64,000 nt of DNA, from positions 120,776,001 through 120,840,000 of the forward strand of contig OZ024741.1 of the NCBI GenBank assembly GCA_964016885.1, given 5' to 3'. The notes beneath the pieces are model-generated. The model worked only from the letters and a program-made list of their open reading frames with translations, ran no database searches and was not told the DNA's origin. Of this stretch, positions 30,017 through 41,535 are shown in pieces. The position numbers were made by a program, and so were the translations under genes. Source of the stretch: Eledone cirrhosa (Eukaryota). Each line of letters opens with the position of its first letter. The first letter of the stretch is position 1.

Positions 30017-31886
30017 ATCATCATCATCATCATCATCATCAGGTTTATGGTCCGAGTTCCACGCTTGCATGGGTTTGGACGGGGGTTTTCCCACTTGAGG
30101 CAAGAGTGGTTATCTTGCTCGCATAGGACTGTCTGGCAGGTTTTCTACAGCTGGATGCCCTTCCTAACACCAACCACATTTACAGTGTGGGGCTGGGAGG
30201 TTTTTACCGTGTTGCCTACACGGCTACATTACAGCGTGGACTGTTTGGCGGGTTTTCTACAGCTGGATGCCCTTCCTAACACCAACCACATTTACAGTGT
30301 GGGGCTGGGAGGTTTTTACCGTGTTGCCTACACGGCCACATTTACAGCGTGGACTGTGTGTTTTTTTGTCGTGACACCTACACGATCTCATTTGTTTCGG
30401 CCTGGATGTTGTGGGACCAACATAACTTTACATTGAAAGGGGCGGTGTGGATGGGGTGGAGGTGGTGGGACGGGGTGTGTGTTTTGATAGAGATGCCTAG
30501 TGACTGTAGTTGGTTTTTACTTTGTATTTAGGTAAGGCGGGTCTTCTCTATTACTGAGTACCGCCAAAGGTCTCGGTCCAGTGACATTGTCTTGGAGAGG
30601 TGTAAGCGTGTGAGGTCGGAATTTATCATGTCGTCCCAGGTTTTTCTGGGTCTGCCTACTCCATGGCTACCGTCTATCTTTATTGCCCTGCACTTTGTTA
30701 TACAGCTGTCGTCTTTCATGCGCATCACATGACCGTACCAACGTAGCCTTCTCTCGAGTAAACAACATCTGATCCCTCTTATTTCTAATTTTTTCCTTAG
30801 TTTGTTTATGCTTTGCCGTTCACGTATATTACTATTGCACATCCAGCGGAGCATGCAAGCTTCGTTCCTCTCTAGTCTGCGTATATCCTCTGCACACAAT
30901 GCCCAGGTCTCACTGCCATGCAGCATTGCTGTTCGTATGCAGGCATCGTATAACCTGCCTTTCATTTTTAGGGAGAACCCTCTAGCGGCTAATAGTGGTA
31001 TAAGCTCTCTGAACTTTTTCCATCCAGTTCTGACTCTAGCTACTGTACTTTCAGAGCACCCTCCCCCACTGCTAATTTTGTCACCCAGGTAACGGAAGCT
31101 GTCCACTATTTCTATAGAACCCTCTGCGCAATTGAAAGAGCTAGTATTTTGTGGGCACTTGCTGCTACTTATTGCACCAGAGCACCGGCCACATGTAAAA
31201 TCTATGTTCTTAGTTAGCTTACCTGTGATCCCACTACATCTTTTATGCACCCATACTTTGCATTTGGGACATAAAATGGAGTTTCTACCTACGCCTTTCC
31301 TACACACTGAGCATGGCCATTTCCCAGAAGGGACCGCCGCCTTATTTTCTTTCCTACAAACTAGAACTTTAGTCTTAGCCAGGTTAATTTTAAGTCCTTT
31401 TGATTCTAGGCCGTGCTTCCATGTTTGGAATTTCTTCTCTAGCTCAGCCATTGATTCAGCTATGAGTGTCAGGTCGTCTGCGTATAGGAGTTCCCATGGG
31501 CAGCCGGTCTTGAACTCCTCTGTTATAGCCTGAAGGGCAATAATAAATAGTAGGGGGCTGAGAACAGAGCCCTGATGGACGCCAACTTTTACGCTAAACT
31601 CTTCACTATATTCGTTGTTAATTCTAACCTTGCTGACTGTTTCTTTATACATGGCTTGTATAGCTCTCACAAGCCATTCGTCAACCCCTAGTTTTCTAAG
31701 AGCCCACCAGATAATGGAATGGGGGACTCTGTCGAAGGCTTTCTCCAAGTCGACAAAAGCTAATTAGAGGGGTTTACCTTTAGCTAGGTACTTCTCCTGT
31801 AGTTGTCGTACAATGAAAAGAGCGTCTGTGGTACTTTTGCCTGACACAAACCCGAACTGCATTTCATCTAGGTCAATTCTCTCTCT
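30017..31886 (-). mobile_element. RTE family A (A1), 5'-truncated, one nonsense codon near 31764
   Basis: ORF 30528-31748; TAC>TAA in PLYLAF; duplicated UTR module; (CAT)n tail. Confidence 0.96.
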
Positions 31887-31922
<36 letters not shown>

Positions 31923-31927
31923 TTGTG

Positions 31928-32016
<89 letters not shown>

Positions 32017-32303
32017 GTGTATATATATATATGTGTATATATATGTGTATATATATGTGTGTATATATGTGTGTATATATGTGTATATATATGTGTGTAT
32101 ATATGTGTATATATGTGTATATATATGTGTGTATATTTATATAAGTGTGTATATATATGTGTGTATATATATATATATGTGTGTATATATATATATATAT
32201 ATAGATATATATATATATATGTATATATGTATATGTAAATATATATATATATGTGTATATATGTGTATATATATATGTGTGTGTATATATGCGTATATAT
32301 GTG

Positions 32304-32376
<73 letters not shown>

Positions 32377-32397
32377 GTGTATATATATATATATGTG

Positions 32398-32428
<31 letters not shown>

Positions 32429-32712
32429 GTGTATATATATATATATAGTGTATATATATATATATATGTGTGTATATATGTATATATATATATGTGTGTG
32501 TATATATGTATATATATATATATGTGTATATATATATATATATGTATATATGTATATATATATATATATGTGTATATATATATGTATATATATATATATA
32601 TATGTGTATATATATATATATGTGTATATATATATATATGTGTATATATGTATATATATATATGTGTATATATGTATATATATATATGTGTATATATATA
32701 TATATATATGCG

Positions 32713-32745
<33 letters not shown>

Positions 32746-32913
32746 GTGTGTATATATATATATATAGCCGGTGTATATATATATATGTGTATATATATGT
32801 GTATATATATGTGTATATATATATATGTGTGTATATATATATATATGTGTATATATATATATGTGTATATATATATGTATATATATATATGTGTGTGTAT
32901 ATATATATATATA
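31887..32913. repeat. 1-kb TA/TG microsatellite between two head-to-head RTE 5' ends
   Basis: Direct inspection. Confidence 0.98.
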
Positions 32914-34083
32914 GCCGGTGCTCTGGTGCAATAAGTAGCAGCAAGTGCCCACAAAATACTAGCTCCTTCAACTGCGCAGAGGGTTCTATAGAAATAGTGG
33001 ACAGCTTCCGTTATCTGGGTGACAAAATCAGCAGTGGGGGAGGGTGCTCTGAAAGTACAGTAGCTAGAGTCAGAACTGGATGGAAAAAGTTCAGAGAGCT
33101 TATACCACTATTAGCCGCTAGAGGGTTCTCCCTAAAAATGAAAGGCAGGTTATACGATGCCTGCATACGAACAGCAATGCTGCATGGCAGTGAGACCTGG
33201 GCATTGTGTGCAGAGGATATACGCAGACTAGAGAGGAACGAAGCTTGCATGCTCCGCTGGATGTGCAATAGTAATATACGTGAACGGCAAAGCATAAACG
33301 AACTAAGGAAAAAATTAGAAATAAGAGGGATCATATGTTGTTTACTCGAGAGAAGGCTACGTTGGTACGGTCACGTGATGCGCATGAAAGACGACAGCTG
33401 TATAACAAAGTGCAGGGCAATAAAGATAGACGGTAGCCACGGAGTAGGCAGACCCAGAAAAACATGGGACGAGCTGATAAATTCCGACCTCACACGCTTA
33501 CACCTCTCCAAGACAATGTCACTGGACCGAGACCTTTGGCGGTACTCAGTAATAGAGAAGACCCGCCTTACCTAAATACAAAGTAAAAACCTACTACAGT
33601 CAGTAGGCATCTCTATCAACCCCCCCCCGTCCCACCACCTCCACCCCATCCACACCGCCCCCTTCAATGTACAGTTATGTTGGTCCCACAACATCCAGGC
33701 CGAAACAAATGAGATCGTGTAGGTGTCACGACAAAAAAATACACAGTCCACGCTGTAAATGTGGCCGTGTAGGCAACACGGTAAAAACCTCCCAGCCCCA
33801 CACTGTAAATGTGGTTGGTGTTAGGAAGGGCATCCAGCTGTAGAAAACCCGCCAGACAGTCCACGCTGTAATCTGGCCGTGTAGGCAACACGGTAAAAAC
33901 CTCCCAGCCCCACACTGTAAATGTGGTTGGTGTTAGGAAGGGCATCCAACTGTAGAAAACCCGCCAGACAGTCCTATGCGAGCAAGACAACCACTCTTGC
34001 CTCAAGTGGGAAAACCCCCGTCCAAACCCGTGCAAGCGTGGAACACGGACGCTAAACCTGATGATGATGATGATGATGATGAT
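32914..34083 (+). mobile_element. RTE family A (A1), 5'-truncated
   Basis: [10 protein letters not shown]...KTRLT; duplicated UTR module; (TGA)n tail. Confidence 0.96.
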
Positions 34084-34087
34084 ATAT

Positions 34088-34521
34088 ATGTCAACTCTGG
34101 ATGTCGGTGAGCATGTCCAGCCAACCTCAGTCTCCTCTGTGTCACTTTTGAGCTGACTTTTGGGATGCTCCCATACAGCTCTGAGTTTTTCATCCTCAGT
34201 GTATACTGATTAATGTTCAGAGCCATCCTCAGCATTCTCGTGTAGCACCCATCCACCATCTGAGTGAGTTTCTTGGTCAGTGTCCTAGTTTCAGTCCTAT
34301 ACAGCAGCACAGACTCCACTACAGAGTTGACATTGCACTCATTGCTCCTTTGGGAGCCCCTACATGGACACACTAGAAGAGGAAGACCAAGGTTAACGTA
34401 TGTTAATGCCGTAAGGACAGACACTGGTCTGTTCGAGACACAGGCCATGGCAGTGATAATGAGGGACAGAGACCGCTGGAGAGAACTCGTCCATAGATCT
34501 CGGGAATTTTACCCGCATTAG
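34088..34521. mobile_element. Short RTE-clade LINE (distinct family) with twin-priming-type inversion
   Basis: - piece VESVLLY...RRLRLAGHAHRHPEL; + piece ELTLHSLLLWEP...RGRP...DRDRWR; CAGAGTTGACAT shared by both. Confidence 0.85.
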
Positions 34522-34750
34522 ATATATATATATGTGTATATCTATATATATGTATATATATATGTGTATATATATATATATATGTGTGTATTTATATATA
34601 TATGCGTATATATATATATATATATGTGTGTATATATATATATGTGTGTATATATATATATATGTGTGTATATATATATATGTGTGTATATATATATATG
34701 TGTGTATATATATATACGTGTATATATATATGTGTGTATATATATATGGG

Positions 34751-34781
<31 letters not shown>

Positions 34782-34836
34782 ATATATATATATATGTGTG
34801 TGTATATATATATATATGTGTGTATATATATATATA

Positions 34837-34867
<31 letters not shown>

Positions 34868-34874
34868 GTGTGTG

Positions 34875-34962
<88 letters not shown>

Positions 34963-35022
34963 TGTGTGTGTATATATATATATATATGTGTATATATACA
35001 TATATGTGTATATATATATATG

Positions 35023-35055
<33 letters not shown>

Positions 35056-35206
35056 GTGTGTATATATATATATATATGTGTGTGTGTATATATATATATA
35101 TGTGTGTGTGTATATATATATATATGTGTGTTTGTATATATATATGTGTGTATATATATATATGTGTGTTTGTATATATATATATATATATATGTGTGTA
35201 TATATA

Positions 35207-35242
<36 letters not shown>

Positions 35243-35278
35243 CATGTGTGTATATATATACATGTGTGTATATATATA

Positions 35279-35319
<41 letters not shown>

Positions 35320-35528
35320 ATATATATATATATATATGTGTGTGTATATATATATATATATGTGTGTGTATATATATATATATATATGTGTTTGTATATA
35401 TATATATATATGTGTGTATATATATATATGTGTGTATATATATATATATATGTGTTTGTATATATATATATATATGTTTGTATATATATATGTGTGTGTA
35501 TATATATATATATATGTGTGTATATATA

Positions 35529-35563
<35 letters not shown>

Positions 35564-35580
35564 GTGTATATATATATATA

Positions 35581-35613
<33 letters not shown>

Positions 35614-36369
35614 TTATGTGTATATATATATTTATGTGTATATATATATATATATATGTGTATATATATATATATATGTGTATATATATATATATATGTG
35701 TGTATATATATATATATGTGTGTATATATATATATATGTGTGTATATATATATATATATTTATGTGTATATATATATTTATGTGTATATATATATTTATG
35801 TGTATATATATATATATATATGTGTGTATATATATATTTATATGTGTGTATATATATATTTATATGTGTGTATATATATATTTATGTGTGTATATATATA
35901 TTTATATGTGTGTATATATATATATGTGTGTATATATATGTGTGTGTATATATATATATATGTGTGTATATATATATATGTGTGTATATATATATATATA
36001 TGTGTGTGTATATATATATATATGTGTGTATATATATATATATATATGTGTGTATATATATATATATGTGTGTGTGTGTGTATATATATATGTGTGTATA
36101 TGTATATATATATATATGTGTGTATATGTATATATATATATGTCTGTGTATATGTATATATATATATGTGTGTGTATATGTATATATATATATATATATG
36201 TGTGTGTATATGTATATATATATATATATATGTGTGTATATGTATATATATATATATATATGTGTGTATATGTATATATATATATATATATGTGTGTATA
36301 TGTATATATATATATATATGTGTGTATATGTATATATATATATATGTGTATATATATATATATATACAC

Positions 36370-36412
<43 letters not shown>

Positions 36413-36424
36413 TATATATATATA
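34522..36424. repeat. 1.9-kb TA/TG compound microsatellite
   Basis: Direct inspection. Confidence 0.98.
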
Positions 36425-36565
36425 TATTGTTATACTTTGGGACGGTCATGTTGCCAATAAGAAACACACGCACCAGTTGCTTTCACTTCAATTTATTATA
36501 ATAAATTCATAAATTTATAAATTTCTCGTTGGTTGGTTCCACAACCAGATAGTTGTTTATATATT

Positions 36566-36608
36566 GTCATAGTTCTTTCGTCACACATTCTGTGACCTCA
36601 TCAGTGAC
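36566..36608 (-). ncRNA. Minimal type I hammerhead ribozyme (CUGAUGA core)
   Basis: GUCA-CUGAUGA-G-GUCACA(gaaug)UGUGAC-GAAA-GAAC-UA-UGAC. Confidence 0.78.
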
Positions 36609-36725
36609 TGGAGATTCTTTTCTTTGTTTTTGTGCCTCTCCTTTGTTCTGTCCTACGCCATTTTGAAACAAAATGGCATAGGACAGAACAAAGGAGAGGC
36701 ACAGAAACAAAGAAAGGAATCCCCA

Positions 36726-36768
36726 GTCACTGAAGAGGTCACAGAGTGTGTGACGAAAGAACTATGAC
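36726..36768 (+). ncRNA. Minimal type I hammerhead ribozyme (CUGAAGA core)
   Basis: GTCACTGAAGAGGTCACAGAGTGTGTGACGAAAGAACTATGAC. Confidence 0.75.
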
Positions 36769-36971
36769 AATATATAAACAACTATCTGGTTGTGGAACCA
36801 ACCAACCAACTAGAAATTTATAAATTTATTATAAATTTATTATAATAATAAATTGAAGTGAAAGCAACTGGTGTGTGTGTTTCTTATTGGCAACATGACC
36901 CTCACCAAGTTAAATAATATATATATATATATATGTGTATATATATATATATATGTGTGTGTGTGTATATA

Positions 36972-37002
<31 letters not shown>

Positions 37003-37006
37003 GTGT

Positions 37007-39662
37007 ATGGACGGAGACATCATTATGCTAGCAGGAGACTTCAATGGTCATGTTGGACAGCTCCAGGATGGTTACACTGGGGTACATGGTGGGCACGGTT
37101 ACGGTTCAAGAAATGAAGAAGGAGTGAGATTTCTTGAATTTTATGATGCAAGTACATTGACTATTTGCAACACAAACTTCCAGAAACCTGCCAATCACCT
37201 AATAACCTACAAATCTGGTGAGCACATAAGCCAGATTGACTTCCTGCTAGTTAGGCAGCGGGACAGGCAGATAGTGTCTAATACCAAGGCATGCCCTGGG
37301 GAAGAATGTACCCCACAGCATAGGTTAGTTGTTAGTGATATCTCAGTAAGCAAGAGATGGAATGAGACATATAGGAAGGTGTGGAGAAGAAAGGTCTGGA
37401 AGCTAAAAGACCTTTCACTAAAATTCAAATTTAGGAAAGCCCTTCAAGATGTATATGACGAAAAAGACGATTTAGAGACGTATGACATAGATAATAACTG
37501 GAAGTTCTTACGTGACAACTTGCTGAAGGCTACTGATGAAACCTGTGGCTGGAGCAGAGCTCCAACCAGACAGAGAGTGACCTGGTGGTGGAACAGCACA
37601 GTAGATAAGGCTATTAGAGACAAAAGACTAGCACGGAAGGCTTGGAAAAAGGGTGGGAGTAGGGAAGAATATACAGCCACTAAGAGAGAAGCTAGACGTC
37701 AGGTGTACTTAGCACGCAGGGAGGCAGAGAGTAGGAGGTTTGCCAATGTTCTGCGACGGGAAGATCAGAGGCGTGCGGTGTTCCACATTGCAAGGCAGTG
37801 TGTCAATGCAAATCAGGATGTTGTTGGTGATAAATGTGTCCGGGATGATGCCGGTGTACTTAGTGTCACGAATGACCAGAAAAAGGAGGCCTGGAAATGT
37901 CGTTATGAGAGACTGATGAATGTGGAGAACGAATGGGAGAGAGAGAAATTACCCTTGGTAGATCCGACAGAGGGACCAGCTATTGAGATTGACGAATATA
38001 GGGTCCAAGAGGCGATTAGGGAAATGAAAAATGGTAAGGCGGCCGGACCATCGGGAATAGTTGCTGAGATGCTGAAGGCATCAGGGGACGTAGGCACTAA
38101 ACTGGTTGCATGCATCATCAATCAGGCTATATATGGTGGTGTCATACCCAAAGACTGGTGCAGCAGTATTCTCATAAATTGCTACAAAGGTAAAGGGGAT
38201 GCTTTGGAGAGGAGCAATTATAGGGGTATAAAACTGATAGATCAGGTTATGAAAGTGGCAGAAAGGATTTTAGCACAACTAATTAGAGAAAGGGTCAAAC
38301 TAGATGAGATGCAGTTTGGTTTTGTGCCTGGGAAGAGTACAACAGATGCCCTCTTCTTGGTGAGACAAATGCAAGAGAGGTTCTTAGAGAAGAATAAGCC
38401 ACTATACTTAGCCTTTGTTGACCTAGAGAAGGCCTTTGATAGGGTACCCCGATCTGTCATCTGGTGGTCCCTAAGGAAGCTGGGTGTTGAGGAATGGCTT
38501 GTGAGGACAGTGCAAACTTTGTACAGAGGTTCTCTCAGTAAAGTCAGGGTAGGTATGGAGTTTAGTGAGGAATTCCAGATACAAGTAGGGGTACATCAGG
38601 GTTCAGTCCTCAGCCCGCTCTTGTTCATTATAGTCCTCCAAGCCATAACAGAGGAGTTTAAGACTGGCTGTCCATGGGAACTTCTCTACGCTGACGATCT
38701 GGCTCTTATAGCAGAATCAGTAGGCTCTTATAGCAGAATCAGTAGAGGAGCTAGAGAATAAATTCCGGCTATGGAAACAGCAGTTGGAAGCAAGAGGACT
38801 GAGAGTAAATCTAGCTAAGACAAAAGTGTTGATGAGTAGAAAAGAGGACAAAACCCTGATTCTGTCAGGGAAATGGCCATGTTCGATATGCAGAAAAGGA
38901 ACTGGCATAAATTCTATAAAATGCACACAATGCAGGTCCTGGGTACACAAGAGATGTAGCGGGATAGCAGGCAAACTAACAGGTAGGGAGAAATATGTAT
39001 GCAGTAGATGTACAGGGAAATTAGACAGTAGAAGTCGCACTGATAGACACATTTTTCAAATGCAAGAGGGCGCTATAGAAGTGGTGGATAGCTTCCGGTA
39101 CCTAGGAGATCAGATTAGCATGGGAGGAGGGTGTTCCGAGGCCATAGTATCTAGAATAAGGACGGGTTGGAAGAAGTTTAGGGAGCTGCTTCCTCTGTTG
39201 ACGAAGAAGGGTTTCTCCCTGCGTACGAAAGGCCGGTTGTATGATGCCTGTGTGAGGAGCGCGATGCTGCATGGTAGTGAGACATGGGCAGCAACCGCAG
39301 AAGATATGCGACGGCTGGAGAGAAATGAGGCAAGCATGCTCCGTTGGATGTGCAGTGTAAATGTGCGTGAACGACCCAGCATAAATGTGTTGAGAGAGAA
39401 ACTGTGTCTGAGAGGGATAGAATGTAGTGTACGGGAAAGGAGACTGAGGTGGTATGGACATGTGATGCGCATGGAGGATGACCGATGGGTGAAGAATTGC
39501 CAGGAAATGCCAGTTGAAGGAAGACATGGGCGGAGGTGGTGAGAACAGACCTCAGATCATTGAAGCTCACGGTGGAGATGACGAGGGACCGTGACGAGTG
39601 GAGAGATGCTGTGCTGAATAAGACTCGTCCCACCCTTGCAAGCAGGGAAAAGCGGACGTAAA

Positions 39663-39694
<32 letters not shown>
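37007..39694 (+). mobile_element. RTE family C (divergent, very short 3' UTR), truncated in APE, frameshifted
   Basis: AGDFNGH, QIDFLL, RT motifs, PHD; 22-bp tandem duplication 38701-38744 right after YADD; deletion near 39535; (TGA)n tail. Confidence 0.95.
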
Positions 39695-39695
<1 letters not shown>

Positions 39696-39717
39696 TGTAT
39701 ATATATATATATATGTG

Positions 39718-40785
39718 TCATCATCATCATCATCATCAACGTTTAACGTCCGTGTTCCACGCTTGCATGGGTTTGGACGGGGGTATTCCCACTTGAGGCA
39801 AGAGTGATTGTCTTGCTCGCATAGGACTGTCTGGCAGGTTTTCTACAGTTGGATGCCCTTCCTAACACCAACCACATTTACAGTGTGGGTCTGGGAGGTT
39901 TTTACCGTGTTGCCTACACGGCCACATTACAGTGTGGACTGTGTGTTTTTTTGTCGTGACACCTACACAATCTCATTTGTTTCGGCCTGGATGGCGTGGC
40001 ACCAACATAACTTTACATAGAAGGGGGTGGTGTGGATGTGGTGGGGGTGGTGGGACAGGGTGTATTTTGTTAGGGATGCCTACTGGCTGTAGGTTTTACT
40101 ATGTATTTATGTAAGGCGGGTCTTTTCTGTTACTGAGTACCGCCAAAGGTCTCGGTCCAGTGACATTGTCTTGGAGAGGTGTAAGTGTGTGAGGTCGGAG
40201 TTTATCAGCTCGTCCCAGGTTTTTCTAGGTCTGCCTATTCCGTGGCTACCGTCTATCTTTATTGCCCTGCACTTTGTTATACAGCTATCACCTTTCATGC
40301 GCATCACGTGTCCATACCAACGTAGCCTTCTCTCTTAGTAAACAACATCTGATCCCTCTTATTTCTAATTTTTTCCTTAGTTCGTTTATGCTTTGCCGTT
40401 CACGTATATTACTGTTACACATCCAGCGGAGCATGCAAGCTTCGTTCCTCTCTAGTCTGCGTATATCCTCTGCACACAATGCCCAGGCCTCACTGCCATG
40501 CAACATTGCTGTTCGTATGCAGGCATCATACAACCTGCCTTTCATTTTTAGGGAGAACCCTTTAGCAGCTAATAGTGGTATAAGCTCTCTGATCTTTTTC
40601 CAACCAGTTCTGACTCTAGCTACTGTACTTTCAGAGCACCCTCCCCCACTGCTGATTTTGTCGCCCAGGTAACGGAAGCTGTCCACTATTTCTATAGAAC
40701 CCTCTGCGCAATTGAAAGAGCTAGTATTTTGTGGGCACTTGCTGCTACTTATTGCACCAGAGCACCGGCCACATGTAAAATCTAT
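39718..40785 (-). mobile_element. RTE family A (A2-type), 5'-truncated
   Basis: IDFTCGRC...KTRLT with a frameshift near 40335; (CAT)n tail. Confidence 0.95.
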
Positions 40786-40851
40786 ATATACACACACATA
40801 TATATATATATATACGTACACATATATATATATATATATATATACAGACAC

Positions 40852-40912
<61 letters not shown>

Positions 40913-41120
40913 TATATATATACACACACACACATATATATATATACACACATATATATATATATATATACACACACATATATATATATATATACACACA
41001 CATATATATATATGCACACACACATACATATATACACACACAAATATATATATATATACACATACATATATACACATATATATATATATACACACATATA
41101 TATATACACACATATATATA

Positions 41121-41161
<41 letters not shown>

Positions 41162-41284
41162 GTGTATATATATATATATATATGTGTGTATATATATATA
41201 TATGTGTATATATGTGTGTATATATATATATATGTGTGTGTGTATATATATATATATATGTGTGCGCATATATATATATATGTG

Positions 41285-41319
<35 letters not shown>

Positions 41320-41392
41320 GTGTATATATATATATGTGTGTGTATATATATATATATGTGTGTGTATATATATATGTGTGTATATATATATA

Positions 41393-41423
<31 letters not shown>

Positions 41424-41535
41424 GTGTGTTTATATATATATATATGTGTGTTTATATATATACGTGTATATATATATATATGTGTATATATATATATATG
41501 TGTATACATATATATATGTGTGTATATATATATAT
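40786..41535. repeat. Microsatellite that switches from TA/CA to TA/TG at ~41116
   Basis: Direct inspection. Confidence 0.97.

Larger units (their letters stand above)
36425..36919. mobile_element. Palindromic pair of Penelope-like pLTR fragments (~240-bp arms, 3-nt spacer at 36666-36668)
   Basis: Arms are imperfect reverse complements; each has a hammerhead; homologous to 24668-24860. Confidence 0.8.

Noticed and set aside
36425-36919. Palindrome as a sequencing fold-back artefact
   Set aside because: Arms differ at multiple substitutions and indels, some shared with an independent copy at 24668-24860
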